The notes under the pieces are model-generated. The model searched no databases and was not told where the DNA came from. It saw only the letters and a list, made by a program, of their open reading frames with translations. A stretch of DNA of 64,000 bases from Bacteroidota bacterium (GTDB lineage Bacteria > Bacteroidota > Bacteroidia > UKL13-3): contig CANHGM010000001.1 of NCBI GenBank assembly GCA_947460345.1, forward strand, positions 132,744 to 196,743. The letters run 5' to 3'. This document shows, one piece after another, positions 19,866-30,109 of this stretch (positions within the stretch are counted from its first letter, which is position 1; every line of letters starts with the position of its first letter). The position numbers and the translations under genes were made by a program.

Positions 19866-20672
19866 ATGAAACTAAAATATCATCATTTATTAATTGTTTC
19901 TTTATTTGTTATTATTTCGACAATAGTTGCTTGTAAAAGCAAAAAAAATATTGCCAAAAATAATGAAGTTAAAAAAGACTCAGTAAAAGCTGAGACTAAA
20001 CCTAATAATATAAAACCCGCTAAAGTATTAAGTTTTACTGTAAACAATTGGAGCACCTTTTCTTCTAAAATAAATATCGAATACGAAAGTGAAGCCCATT
20101 CTCTTCCTATCAATTCTTTTAGTGGGCAGATTAGAATGTCTAAAGATAATTATATATGGATGACTATTCAAGTTCCTATTTTAGGAGAAGCTGTCAGGGC
20201 TCTTATCACCAAAGATTCAGTTAAAGTTTTAGATAGATATAACAAAAGATATTTGCTGACTAATTTTTCCTATTTACAAAAATTTAGCTCTGTACCTTTG
20301 AGTTTAGACAAACTACAAGATGCTTTAATTGGCAACCCTACTTTTAAACTTAAAGATGCCACTATTGATACTTCAGACAATATGATGATGGCTATTTTTC
20401 AAGATGCAAAAGTTAAAAACACCATCTTTGCTTTGTTTAATAATTTGCGAGTTAAAAAGAATATATATATTGACAAAATTCAAAATGTAGATATTACGGC
20501 TATATATCCTGAATTTGAAGAAATAGAAGGCCAACAAATTCCTAAAAAAATCAATTTAAGTACTACCAAACCTGACAAGTCGACCATTGACCTTGAATAT
20601 AACGGAACCCAATTAAACAAACCAATAACTGCTGAGTTTAACATCCCAGCTAGTTATAAAAAAATGCAATAA
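19866..20672 (+). CDS. DUF4292-family lipoprotein
   Basis: Lipobox IVAC. IRM.KD.YIW.....LGE..RALIT.DS motif, and a terminal F.IP..YK. Conserved position upstream of envC. Confidence 0.85.
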   Translation: MKLKYHHLLIVSLFVIISTIVACKSKKNIAKNNEVKKDSVKAETKPNNIKPAKVLSFTVNNWSTFSSKINIEYESEAHSLPINSFSGQIRMSKDNYIWMTIQVPILGEAVRALITKDSVKVLDRYNKRYLLTNFSYLQKFSSVPLSLDKLQDALIGNPTFKLKDATIDTSDNMMMAIFQDAKVKNTIFALFNNLRVKKNIYIDKIQNVDITAIYPEFEEIEGQQIPKKINLSTTKPDKSTIDLEYNGTQLNKPITAEFNIPASYKKMQ

Positions 20673-20681
20673 AATAAGATT

Positions 20682-21989
20682 GTGGTGTTAAACATAATAC
20701 ATACTAAAAAAGTTGTCTATACCATATTATATATATGCTGTATGGTTATGTTTACTGTTGATGTAAACGCTCAAAACAACAAACCAAACAAAGACGAGCT
20801 TCAAAAAAAAATACAACAAAAGCACAAAGAAATAGAGCTTACGCAAACTTTTATAAAAGAGAATAAGACTAAACAAAAAACTACTATTACGCTTTTACAA
20901 ACCATCAATAGTCAGATTAATATCAGAGAAAATATTATTGATAAAACCAATAGACAAGTAGGTGTTTTAGAAAATGAAATTGATACTTTAAATGCTACTA
21001 TTATTCAATTAGAAAAGGATGAATTAAGATTAAAAGGCGAGTATGCTAAAATGATTCAAGAGGCATATAAAAACAGAAACCAATACCAAAAATTAAGTTT
21101 TGTGCTCTCTTCAAAATCTTTTAACCAAGCTCTTAAACGCTCAAGATATATTAAATTGTTAAGCGAAAACAGAGCTAAACAGTTAAAACTTTTAAAGCTT
21201 AAACAAGAAGAATTAGCAATTGCCAAAAACAAATTACTTGGAATTAAAACCAATAAGGAAGAACTTATAATTGATAAGGAACTAGAGAAAAAAGAATTGG
21301 TGGTTGATAAAAAAGAACAAGCCATTATTTTTAACCAACTTAAGAGTAAAGAAAAAGAACTGACTCATACTTTAAAATTGCAAAAAGAAGCAGCTAGAAA
21401 ACTAAATGCTGAAATTGCTAAAATCATTGCACGAGAAATTGAAGAAGAAAGAAAAAGACGTGAAGAAGAAAGAAAGCGTGAACTGGCTGCAAACAAAGAC
21501 AAAGAAAATACTTCAACCTCAACTACCAAAACCGAAAAGAAAGAGCTAACAAAAACGGCCGAATATGACCAACTCACCTCTGATTTTTCAGGTAACAAAA
21601 ACAGACTCCCTTGGCCTGTGGAGAAAGGTTTTATCATTGGCACCTTTGGCACACATCCACACCCTACTTTAAAAAATATTCAAGTAGAAAACAACGGAAT
21701 TGATATAAGCACCCAACCAGGTAGTAAAATTAGGGCTTCATTTAAAGGTCAAGTTAAAGCAGTATTCTCGGTTCCGGGTATGCAAAAATGTGTGATGATA
21801 AACCACGGTGATTATTATACTGTGTATTGCCATTTAGCTGATGTATATGTTAAAACGGGTGACCATGTTACCACCAAACAAGTTATTGGCAGTGTATATA
21901 CTGACACTGAAGAAGAAAGAACCATTGTGCATTTTGAGGTTTGGAAAAACACTGTAAAACTTAACCCATCAGACTGGCTAGCCGACTAA
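20682..21989 (+). CDS. Murein hydrolase activator EnvC family (coiled-coil + M23 domain)
   Basis: Long coiled-coil, then LPWPV, NNGIDI, HGDYYTVYCHL and HFEVW...LNP.DWL. Confidence 0.9.
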   Translation: MVLNIIHTKKVVYTILYICCMVMFTVDVNAQNNKPNKDELQKKIQQKHKEIELTQTFIKENKTKQKTTITLLQTINSQINIRENIIDKTNRQVGVLENEIDTLNATIIQLEKDELRLKGEYAKMIQEAYKNRNQYQKLSFVLSSKSFNQALKRSRYIKLLSENRAKQLKLLKLKQEELAIAKNKLLGIKTNKEELIIDKELEKKELVVDKKEQAIIFNQLKSKEKELTHTLKLQKEAARKLNAEIAKIIAREIEEERKRREEERKRELAANKDKENTSTSTTKTEKKELTKTAEYDQLTSDFSGNKNRLPWPVEKGFIIGTFGTHPHPTLKNIQVENNGIDISTQPGSKIRASFKGQVKAVFSVPGMQKCVMINHGDYYTVYCHLADVYVKTGDHVTTKQVIGSVYTDTEEERTIVHFEVWKNTVKLNPSDWLAD

Positions 21990-22022
21990 TTATTTTTTAA
22001 TTATTTACTTTAAAAAGTATAT

Positions 22023-22703
22023 ATGTTTAAAGATTTTTTTAATTTACTTTTTCCAATTACTTGTTCTCATTGCGGACAGAATCTGGCTTCAAACGAAGAT
22101 ATTATATGTGCTTATTGTTTGTTTCAACTTCCACAAACTCAATATTGGTTAGAAGCTGAAAACAAAGTGGCTAAAAAACTATGGGGAAGAGTGAGAGTAG
22201 AGCACTGTTCGTCTTTTTTACATTTTATCAAAGATGGGATGGTTCAACATTTATTACACCAACTGAAGTATAAAAATGGAAAAGAAATTGGGCAAAAATT
22301 AGGGAAGATATATGCAACAGAACTTAAAAAAGTAGATGCTTTAAAAAGCATAGATTATATAGTTCCTGTTCCATTGTTTAAAGGCAAAGAAAAAAAGAGA
22401 GGATATAACCAAAGCCAAATGATTGCTGAAGGAATAAGTGATGTATTGCTGAAACCAGTTGATAATTCTCATTTAATTAAAAAGCAACAAACCAGTTCTC
22501 AAACAAACCTTAACAGATGGAACCGTTGGCAAAACCAACAAGAAAAATTTGAAATAAATGACTCTGACTTTTTTCAAAACAAACATATATTGATAGTTGA
22601 TGATGTAATCACCACAGGAGCTACTATAGAATCATGTATTTCTTTATTAAACCAAATTCCTAATTGTACCGTTAGTGCAGTGTTTATTGCCTCAGCTTTA
22701 TAA
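22023..22703 (+). CDS. comF: ComF family phosphoribosyltransferase-like competence protein
   Basis: N-terminal CxxC...CxxC, VPVPL, RGYNQS and LIVDDVITTGAT motifs. Confidence 0.9.
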   Translation: MFKDFFNLLFPITCSHCGQNLASNEDIICAYCLFQLPQTQYWLEAENKVAKKLWGRVRVEHCSSFLHFIKDGMVQHLLHQLKYKNGKEIGQKLGKIYATELKKVDALKSIDYIVPVPLFKGKEKKRGYNQSQMIAEGISDVLLKPVDNSHLIKKQQTSSQTNLNRWNRWQNQQEKFEINDSDFFQNKHILIVDDVITTGATIESCISLLNQIPNCTVSAVFIASAL

Positions 22704-22787
22704 ACTTTAGTATGCAATCTAAAATCTATTTAAACCTTCTCTAACATTTAACATCTTTAAACTAATATTGTATCTTAAATTTAAAAT

Positions 22788-25370
22788 ATGAATTATAAAT
22801 ATATACTTTTCCTTGTTTTAACTGTCTCATTTAAATTGAATGCTCAACCTGGTGGCCCCAGGAATGGAGGCCCTCAAAACAGGTCGATGCTTACCGGTAG
22901 AATGTATGGTAAAGTGGTAGACGACAAAACAGGAAAAGGTATTGAAGATGCTTCAGTGCAGTTTTGGCAAGAAAAATTTGATTCTGTTTCAAAACAAAAT
23001 AAACTTAAACTCTTAGGTGGACAATTGACAGAAGGCAATGGCGATTTTAGTGTAGAAGGACTACCATTGATGGGACCCATTAAATTAAAAGTGACAGCAC
23101 TAGGCTTTATCACAACAGAGAAAACAATATCTTTTGACATCACTCCCGGCAAAGCCAAAGACATGATGAGCCTCTCTGATAAAGACATTGGCAATATAAA
23201 AATAACTGCAAATGTCAAAGAACTAGAAGGTGTAATAGTAAAAGCAGATGAGCCAACTGTAAAAATGACTATTGATAAGAAAGTGTACAACGTAGATAAA
23301 AACTTAACAGCTGCCGGTGGAAACGCCCAAGATGCGATGAAGAATATTCCTGCTGTAAATGTTGATATAGATGGAAATGTAACCATGAGAAATGCAGCTC
23401 CTACCATTTTTGTTGATGGCAGACCCACTACACTTACCCTTGACCAAATACCAGCAGACAATATTCAAAGCATTGAGGTTATCACCAACCCCTCTGTTAA
23501 ATACGATGCTTCTGGTGGAATGGCTGGAATTATCAATATTGTGTTAAAGAAAAACAAACGCATGGGCTATAATGGAAGTGTGAGAGCAGGTATTGATAAA
23601 AGAGGAAAAATAAATGCTGGGTTGGACTTAAACATCAGAGAAAAAAAATTGAACTTCTTTGTTGGAAGCAGTGTGAACCAAAGAAAATCTATAGCTGAAG
23701 GTTGGAGCAACAGAGATAATTATTTTGCTTTTGACACCACCAATACCTACCAAAAAACATATAGCGAACAAAACAATTTGATGTATACCAATAGGTTTGG
23801 GTTTGACTACTTTATTGACAATAGAAATACCATAACGCTTAGTACCAATTATACCGTTGGAAATCATAAACCAACCGATAACTTAGATATTCAATATAGA
23901 AATTTCCCTTCATTAAGTGTAAACTCTTTATCAGAAAGAAATACCAACTCGTTTAGAAATTTCAGAAACTGGGGAAATGCCTTATTGTATAAACATTTAT
24001 TCCCTAAAACTGGCAAAGAACTTACGGCTGATATCAACTATAACGCTATTAAAGCAGTGGGTGGTGCTGACGCTATTACCCATTACACAGATGGCTTTGG
24101 CAACCCTTATAGAAGCGATTCAAAACAAAGACAAGACTACAATGGGGGTTCGTCTTTTTTTACTGCTCAAGTAGACTTTACCAATCCTTTAAACGACTAT
24201 TCAAAAATTGATATCGGGGTACGGTCAGCATACCGAATTTTTATTAGCAACAACAGCAACTCTCTGTATGATGCTCAGAATTTAGACAAAGTACTGGTTA
24301 GCCAGAAAAACGACTATGAATATACCGACCTTGTAAATGCTGCCTATGTAAACTACTCTCGACAAAAGAAAAAGTGGGGAATACAAACCGGACTTAGAGT
24401 TGAAAGCAGCTTTTACAAAGGAACCTTAAAAGATACTGTAGACAAAAACTTTGTTATTCAATACCCAATCAGTCTATTCCCAAGTTTTGCAGCTTCTTAT
24501 AAAATCAAAGAGAATAATGATATCAATATCAATTTGAACAGAAGAATAAACAGACCGGGTTTCTTTCAGTTAATGCCTTATATAGATTTTTCTGATTCAC
24601 TTAACTTATCTCGTGGTAACCCTAACTTAAGACCTGAGTTTACTTACGCTTCAGAAATTTCATATTTGTATTCATATAAAAACAACCAGTCTTTTATGGC
24701 CAATATATATGCAAAAATGTCGACTGGGCTTATCACCAGGTATATACTAAGCGAGTATAACGACTTGCTGAAAAAAGACATTATTGTGAGTAGTTATGAA
24801 AACGCCCTATCAAGCTCAGCATACGGCATTGAATTGGTTTCAAAAAACACCTACAAAAAATGGTTTGATGTGACTTCAAACTTTAATATATATCAATCGC
24901 AAATAAACACGGCTACCTTAACCAACAAACAGCTTTCTTGGTTTTCGAGGGTGAATGCTAATTTTAAGATTTTGAAAACATGGAGCCTTCAAGTTTCAGG
25001 GGAGTATTTCTCTAAGATGGCCTTTCAACAAGGAGGCGGCGGTGGTGGTGGCATGATGGGTGGTGGCATGGGTGGTACTCAAAACACTGCTCAAGGTTAT
25101 ACCATGCCTAACTACAGTGTAGATGCTGCTATTAAGAAAGAGTTTTTAAAATCTAAAATGCTCTCTGTGACTTTAAACTTCATGGATATATTTCATACCA
25201 AACGTATGTACTCTGTTTCTAGTTCAGGATATTTTGCTTTAGAAAGTTTTAGACAAAGAGATTGGCAATTTTTCAGACTGAATATAAGCTATCGTTTTGG
25301 TAAGTTTGATGCCTCTTTGTTTAAACGCAAAAACAACAAGAGTAGTGGTGATGGCGAAGGAATGATGTAG
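22788..25370 (+). CDS. TonB-dependent receptor / outer-membrane beta-barrel protein
   Basis: IDKKVYNV...GG.A.D.MKNIP.V.VD.DGNV plug, IEVITNPS.KYDASG.AGIINIVLKK, and a C-terminal LNISYRFGK. Confidence 0.92.
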   Translation: MNYKYILFLVLTVSFKLNAQPGGPRNGGPQNRSMLTGRMYGKVVDDKTGKGIEDASVQFWQEKFDSVSKQNKLKLLGGQLTEGNGDFSVEGLPLMGPIKLKVTALGFITTEKTISFDITPGKAKDMMSLSDKDIGNIKITANVKELEGVIVKADEPTVKMTIDKKVYNVDKNLTAAGGNAQDAMKNIPAVNVDIDGNVTMRNAAPTIFVDGRPTTLTLDQIPADNIQSIEVITNPSVKYDASGGMAGIINIVLKKNKRMGYNGSVRAGIDKRGKINAGLDLNIREKKLNFFVGSSVNQRKSIAEGWSNRDNYFAFDTTNTYQKTYSEQNNLMYTNRFGFDYFIDNRNTITLSTNYTVGNHKPTDNLDIQYRNFPSLSVNSLSERNTNSFRNFRNWGNALLYKHLFPKTGKELTADINYNAIKAVGGADAITHYTDGFGNPYRSDSKQRQDYNGGSSFFTAQVDFTNPLNDYSKIDIGVRSAYRIFISNNSNSLYDAQNLDKVLVSQKNDYEYTDLVNAAYVNYSRQKKKWGIQTGLRVESSFYKGTLKDTVDKNFVIQYPISLFPSFAASYKIKENNDININLNRRINRPGFFQLMPYIDFSDSLNLSRGNPNLRPEFTYASEISYLYSYKNNQSFMANIYAKMSTGLITRYILSEYNDLLKKDIIVSSYENALSSSAYGIELVSKNTYKKWFDVTSNFNIYQSQINTATLTNKQLSWFSRVNANFKILKTWSLQVSGEYFSKMAFQQGGGGGGGMMGGGMGGTQNTAQGYTMPNYSVDAAIKKEFLKSKMLSVTLNFMDIFHTKRMYSVSSSGYFALESFRQRDWQFFRLNISYRFGKFDASLFKRKNNKSSGDGEGMM

Positions 25371-25375
25371 TTGAC

Positions 25376-26242
25376 CTACAACACTATTTTCAAGCTTAAA
25401 TCTAGTGCTTTAACTGAGTGCGTAATGGCACCTACTGAAATATAATCAACGCCAGTCTCAGCGTAGGTTCTTATCGTATCTTCTGTAATACCACCTGAAG
25501 CTTCTGTTTCATATTTACCATCTATAAGCATAACAGCCTCTTTCATGAGGGTTGGCGAAAAATTATCAAGCATAATCCTATCTATACCACCTATAGCAAG
25601 CACTTGTTTCACTTCATCTATATTTCTTGTCTCCACTTCAATCTTCAGGTTCTCTTTATGTTGACTTTTCTTGTATGCATTAGCCCTTGTAATGGCCTGC
25701 TCTATTCCTCCTGAAGCATCCACATGATTATCTTTTATCATCATCATATCATATAAACCAATACGATGGTTTACGCCTCCTCCCATAGTCACTGCCCACT
25801 TTTCTAATAACCGCATACCCGGTGTGGTTTTACGAGTGTCTAAAAGTTTGGCATGGGTACCTTCAATAAGTTTTACTAGTTTGTTTGTGGCTGTAGCAAT
25901 GCCGCTTAATCTTTGCATGCAATTAAGCACCAACCGCTCGGCAAGTAATAAAGATTGGGCAGGTCCTTCGGCATATAACACGATATCGCCTTTGTTTATA
26001 TTGCTGCCATCTTTCATCAGAATTTGGTATCCAATTTTTTCATCTACCATGTTAAAGATAAGCTGAGCTAAGGCAACACCGGCTATGATGCCATCATCTT
26101 TCACCAATAATTTAGCCTTGGCTATATGGCTGGCTGGTATGGTGGCTAAGGAGGTATGGTCGCCATCTCCTCTATCTTCGTCTATGGCTTGTTGTATAAA
26201 TCTTTTAATCTCGGGTAGTTCAAAAATATGCTGCTCATTCAT
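25376..26242 (-). CDS. nadC: Nicotinate-nucleotide pyrophosphorylase (quinolinate phosphoribosyltransferase)
   Basis: ED...GDHTS, DTRKTTPG, NHR.GLYD..MIKDNH, IMLDNF and EASGGI motifs. ATG 26242 follows a TACTTTTG element. Confidence 0.96.
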   Translation of the reverse strand: MNEQHIFELPEIKRFIQQAIDEDRGDGDHTSLATIPASHIAKAKLLVKDDGIIAGVALAQLIFNMVDEKIGYQILMKDGSNINKGDIVLYAEGPAQSLLLAERLVLNCMQRLSGIATATNKLVKLIEGTHAKLLDTRKTTPGMRLLEKWAVTMGGGVNHRIGLYDMMMIKDNHVDASGGIEQAITRANAYKKSQHKENLKIEVETRNIDEVKQVLAIGGIDRIMLDNFSPTLMKEAVMLIDGKYETEASGGITEDTIRTYAETGVDYISVGAITHSVKALDLSLKIVL

Positions 26243-26345
26243 CGTTTCAAAAGTAAACAAAAAGTGCATGTGGTGATGCGAAATTGACAAAAAAAACTCT
26301 ACACAACTAAATGTATAGAGTTTTTTTAATCAACTATTGTTTCTG

Positions 26346-26729
26346 TTATTGTTTGTCGAATCTGAGTTCGTATATAATATTTCCTTTAACCAATATATAT
26401 ACTTTGTATCTGCCCGTATTTGTTTCTAGAGTACCATTTGCAAATTTACTATTGCCTGAAGTGCCTTTATGGTCAATGGTAAAACTTGATAGGATGTTTT
26501 TTGAGAAAAAATCTTTAAGTATCATTTCAGCTTGCGATTTGCTATAGGCATCATCATTATTAGGCAATCCTAATTCAATGGTAGTGTTAAAACTTGAAGA
26601 TAAAGCTGATACATTTGACGTTTTAATATTTTTAGCAAAAGTATCAAACACATCTGTTTGAGCTGAAGTGGTCGATATTAAAATCAACAACATACTTACA
26701 GACATCAAAATCATTTTTATTTTTTTCAT
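26346..26729 (-). CDS. DUF4783-family exported protein
   Basis: Signal peptide from ATG 26729, YSKSQAEMILKDFF and H.G.S...FA.G.L.T..G.YKV motifs. This family is usually found next to nadC in Bacteroidota. Confidence 0.85.
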   Translation of the reverse strand: MKKIKMILMSVSMLLILISTTSAQTDVFDTFAKNIKTSNVSALSSSFNTTIELGLPNNDDAYSKSQAEMILKDFFSKNILSSFTIDHKGTSGNSKFANGTLETNTGRYKVYILVKGNIIYELRFDKQ

Positions 26730-26860
26730 TGTACGCAGGTGTTCGCTAAAATTATGCCAAAGCACTGATTCTGTTTTTCAATCGAATAATCAAATAAAAT
26801 ATCTGATATCATTATTCTATAACAAATACTATCTCAAACCAAAGTATTTTTGCAAGTGAA

Positions 26861-28375
26861 ATGAATAGAAAAGTTTTATTACTCATATTAGACGGTTGGG
26901 GCAAAGGCAAAGACTACAAAGGCAATGCTGTAACCAATGCTGCTAAACATTTTGTTGAATCGTTAAACCAACATTGGCCTCATGCCATGCTTCAAACATC
27001 AGGCGAGGCTGTGGGCTTACCTGAGGGGCAAATGGGCAATAGTGAAGTGGGACACTTAAACATTGGTGCAGGCCGTGTGGTTTACCAACAACTGGTGCTG
27101 ATAAACAAAGCTTTTGCTGATGGCAGTATCAACCAAAACAAAACACTGATTCAAGCATTTGAGTATGCAAAAAAAGAAAACAAAAGCGTGCACTTTATTG
27201 GACTTGTGAGCAACGGAGGTGTGCATTCACATATCAATCATTTAAAAGGGCTTTGCACTACGGCCAATAATTTTGGTCTTGTAAAAGTATATATACACGG
27301 GTTTTTAGATGGAAGAGATACCGACCCTAAATCAGGATTGGGTTTTATACACGATCTACAATCTCATATAACAGGCACATGTGTTAAGATAGCTTCGCTT
27401 ATAGGTAGGTATTATGCCATGGACAGAGACAAACGTTGGGAAAGAATAAAACTGGCTTACGATGCCATGGTGATGGGCATAGGCACACATACCACCCAAG
27501 TTGAAGAGGCTATACATAACTCGTATGCCGAAGGTGTTACCGATGAGTTTGTAAAACCTATAGTGGTGACAGAAGGTGATACACCTGTTGCTGTGATTGA
27601 AGAAGGTGATGTGGTGATTAATTTTAATTTTAGAACCGATAGAGGTAGAGAAATTTCAGAGGTGCTTACCCAAAAAGATTTTCATGAGCAAAACATGCAT
27701 AAGTTAGACGTGAAGTATATCACCATGACTACTTATGACGAAACCTACTTAAATGTTGATACACTATTTGCCAACGACGACTTAGCGATGACCCTGGGTG
27801 AGGTATTAGAAAAACATGGTAAAACACAAGCCCGTATTGCCGAAACTGAAAAATACCCGCATGTGACCTTCTTTTTTAGCGGAGGTAGAGAAACCGAGTT
27901 TAACAACGAAAGCAGGTATTTATGCCCATCGCCTAAAGTAGCCACCTACGATTTGCAACCTGAAATGAGTGCTGAGGAAGTGAAAAAAGCTACCATTAAA
28001 GCCATGGTCGAAGATAACAAAGATTTTATTGTTACCAATTTTGCTAACCCTGATATGGTTGGTCATACAGGTGTGTTGCCTGCAGTAATCACAGCTATTA
28101 ACACAGTTGATAATTGTGTAAAAGAACTTGTGGATGTTGCTCAACAAAACGGCTATACTTTATTGATAACCGCTGACCATGGCAATGCCGAATATATGAT
28201 AAATGACGATGGCACACCCAACACCGCCCATACTACTAACGATGTTCCGCTTAGGCTCATAGACCCTGAGATTAAATCGTTGCACCATGGCAAACTGGCC
28301 GACCTCGCTCCTACCATTTTAGCTTTGCTTCAAGTGCCACAACCACCTGAAATGACCGGTGTAAGTCTAATTTAA
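26861..28375 (+). CDS. gpmI: 2,3-bisphosphoglycerate-independent phosphoglycerate mutase
   Basis: LILDGWG, GQMGNSEVGH, GRYYAMDRD, AETEKYPHVTFFF, NFANPDMVGHTG and TADHGNAE motifs. Confidence 0.97.
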   Translation: MNRKVLLLILDGWGKGKDYKGNAVTNAAKHFVESLNQHWPHAMLQTSGEAVGLPEGQMGNSEVGHLNIGAGRVVYQQLVLINKAFADGSINQNKTLIQAFEYAKKENKSVHFIGLVSNGGVHSHINHLKGLCTTANNFGLVKVYIHGFLDGRDTDPKSGLGFIHDLQSHITGTCVKIASLIGRYYAMDRDKRWERIKLAYDAMVMGIGTHTTQVEEAIHNSYAEGVTDEFVKPIVVTEGDTPVAVIEEGDVVINFNFRTDRGREISEVLTQKDFHEQNMHKLDVKYITMTTYDETYLNVDTLFANDDLAMTLGEVLEKHGKTQARIAETEKYPHVTFFFSGGRETEFNNESRYLCPSPKVATYDLQPEMSAEEVKKATIKAMVEDNKDFIVTNFANPDMVGHTGVLPAVITAINTVDNCVKELVDVAQQNGYTLLITADHGNAEYMINDDGTPNTAHTTNDVPLRLIDPEIKSLHHGKLADLAPTILALLQVPQPPEMTGVSLI

Positions 28376-28387
28376 CCTAACCAACTA

Positions 28388-29494
28388 TTGAAATATTATC
28401 TCATAGCAGGTGAAGCTTCTGGCGATTTGCATGGTGCTAACCTTATCAAAGAGCTAAAACTACTTGATGCTGATATAGACATTAGGTGTTGGGGTGGCGA
28501 TTTGATGCAAGAGCAAGGAGCTACCTTAGTTAAACACTACAAAGAATTGGCTTTTATGGGTTTTAAAGAAGTGGTGGCCAATATTAACACCATATTTAAA
28601 AACATTGCTTTTTGCAAAGAAGATATAGCAGCCTATAAACCAGATGTGGTGGTGTTTATTGACTATCCGGGGTTTAATCTCAGAATAGCCGAATATGTGC
28701 ACCAAATAGGTATTAAAACTGTTTACTATATATCGCCACAAGTGTGGGCTTGGAAAGAAAACAGGGTGAAGAAGATCAAACAATGCATAGACCTCATGAT
28801 ATGCATACTACCATTTGAAAAAGATTTCTATAAAAAATGGAATTATGACGCCGCTTATGTGGGTCATCCGTTGCTCGATGCCATTCAGAACATTGATACC
28901 GATATACATTTTAGAGCCAAACACCATATCGACAGCAAGCCCATAATAGCGTTGTTGCCCGGAAGCAGAAAACAAGAAATAGCCAAGATGCTACCTTTGA
29001 TGTTAGAGCTTAGTAAAAAACACCAAGAGTATAATTTTGTGGTGGCTGCTGCCCCAGGTCAAACATTGGCTTTTTACCAAACATATATACAAGCCTATCA
29101 AAACTGTTTTATCGTAAAAGACCAAACATATACCTTGCTGAAAGAGTCTTACGCGGCGTTGGTCACCTCAGGAACTGCTACCCTAGAAACCGCTTTATTT
29201 AATGTGCCGCAAGTGGTCTGTTATAAAGGGAGTACTATCAGTTATCAAATAGGGAAAAGATTGGTGAAAATTAAATATATATCACTAGTCAATTTAATAT
29301 TAGACAAACCTGCGGTGGTAGAACTGATACAAGGAGATTTTAATATGCAGAAACTCGATCAAGAGTTTACCCAAATAACTACGGGGGCTAAGCGAAGTCA
29401 TATACTTCATGACTATATTCAGTTGAAAGATATTTTAGGAAACTCAGGTGCTTCGGCTAAAGCGGCGGGGATTATATATAAACAACTGGTATAA
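28388..29494 (+). CDS. lpxB: Lipid-A-disaccharide synthase
   Basis: IAGEASGDLHG, IDYPGFN, YYISPQVWAW, LLPGSR..EI and TSGTATLE motifs. Confidence 0.96.
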   Translation: MKYYLIAGEASGDLHGANLIKELKLLDADIDIRCWGGDLMQEQGATLVKHYKELAFMGFKEVVANINTIFKNIAFCKEDIAAYKPDVVVFIDYPGFNLRIAEYVHQIGIKTVYYISPQVWAWKENRVKKIKQCIDLMICILPFEKDFYKKWNYDAAYVGHPLLDAIQNIDTDIHFRAKHHIDSKPIIALLPGSRKQEIAKMLPLMLELSKKHQEYNFVVAAAPGQTLAFYQTYIQAYQNCFIVKDQTYTLLKESYAALVTSGTATLETALFNVPQVVCYKGSTISYQIGKRLVKIKYISLVNLILDKPAVVELIQGDFNMQKLDQEFTQITTGAKRSHILHDYIQLKDILGNSGASAKAAGIIYKQLV

Positions 29495-29577
29495 GACTTT
29501 TATTTACTCCGCCTTTACAAACTTTATAGTTTGTATATTTTTTTCATCATCAAAAATATTCAATATACAATTACCGT

Positions 29578-29648
29578 TTGTCAATATAGATACATCAATC
29601 AAATGGTTTGGTATATGTGGAAAAAACATTGTCCTTGTATGCTATAAG
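29578..29648 (-). repeat. Degenerate direct repeat of the tRNA-Ala 3' region (putative att-site remnant)
   Basis: TTGTCAATATA-N15-TGGTTTGGTATA-TGTGGAAAA at 29578 aligns with TTGTCAATATA-N14-TGGGTTGGTAAATTGTGGAGAA at 30924. CTTGTATGCTAT (29634) resembles CTTGCATGCCAT of the tRNA anticodon arm. Confidence 0.5.
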
Positions 29649-29724
29649 TGTTATATTAGTACGAAAATTGAAAACCAAAATATAATTCCTTAGAAATATT
29701 ACTATTGAATATAGTTTGATTATA

Positions 29725-30000
29725 TTATTTGTTTGTTTCAAAGAAACAAACATTCTGAATCAATTCTTTTTTTAAACCATATCGGTATTCCATACTGAAA
29801 AACTCACGGACATATCTTTTTATTGAGTATTGGAGGTGTTTTTTAAGTTCGGTGAGGGTAAAATTCGTTTCAGAACTATTCTGTTGAATTACGACATAAT
29901 ACAATCTATTTTGTAGTAGTTTCTTCACATCTTCAATCATTCGTTTCTGATGAGGTTTTAATGGATATTGTTTCAATACATAATCTATAATTTTTATCAA
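29725..30000 (-). CDS. Hypothetical protein, alanine-free (start uncertain: TTG 30000 or ATG 29940)
   Basis: 91-aa ORF inside the island with no recognisable motif. It may be a gene fragment. Confidence 0.35.
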   Translation of the reverse strand: MIKIIDYVLKQYPLKPHQKRMIEDVKKLLQNRLYYVVIQQNSSETNFTLTELKKHLQYSIKRYVREFFSMEYRYGLKKELIQNVCFFETNK

Positions 30001-30005
30001 TAAAC

Positions 30006-30037
30006 AATCAAACCAAAGGTAAATCTTTGGTCTGATT
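30006..30037 (-). terminator. Putative hairpin terminator after the island's small-ORF operon
   Basis: aatcaaaccaaag-gtaaat-ctttggtctgatt inverted repeat (one mismatch on the + strand), about 75 nt downstream of the stop at 30110. Confidence 0.45.
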
Positions 30038-30109
30038 ATTTGTTGTTGGGTCTTTTTACAGAAGACAAGAACTGAAAACCCGTAATGGTTTTGACTTTCC
30101 CAATGACCG

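Noticed and set aside
25030-25077. Gly/Met-rich GGC/GGT repeat in the TonB receptor gene
   Set aside because: An in-frame low-complexity loop (GGGGGGGMMGGGMGG), common in this receptor family. It is not a phase-variation tract.
29448-29693. 81-aa GTG-start ORF overlapping the end of lpxB
   Set aside because: It overlaps lpxB out of frame, crosses the att-like remnant and has no motif. Probably spurious.
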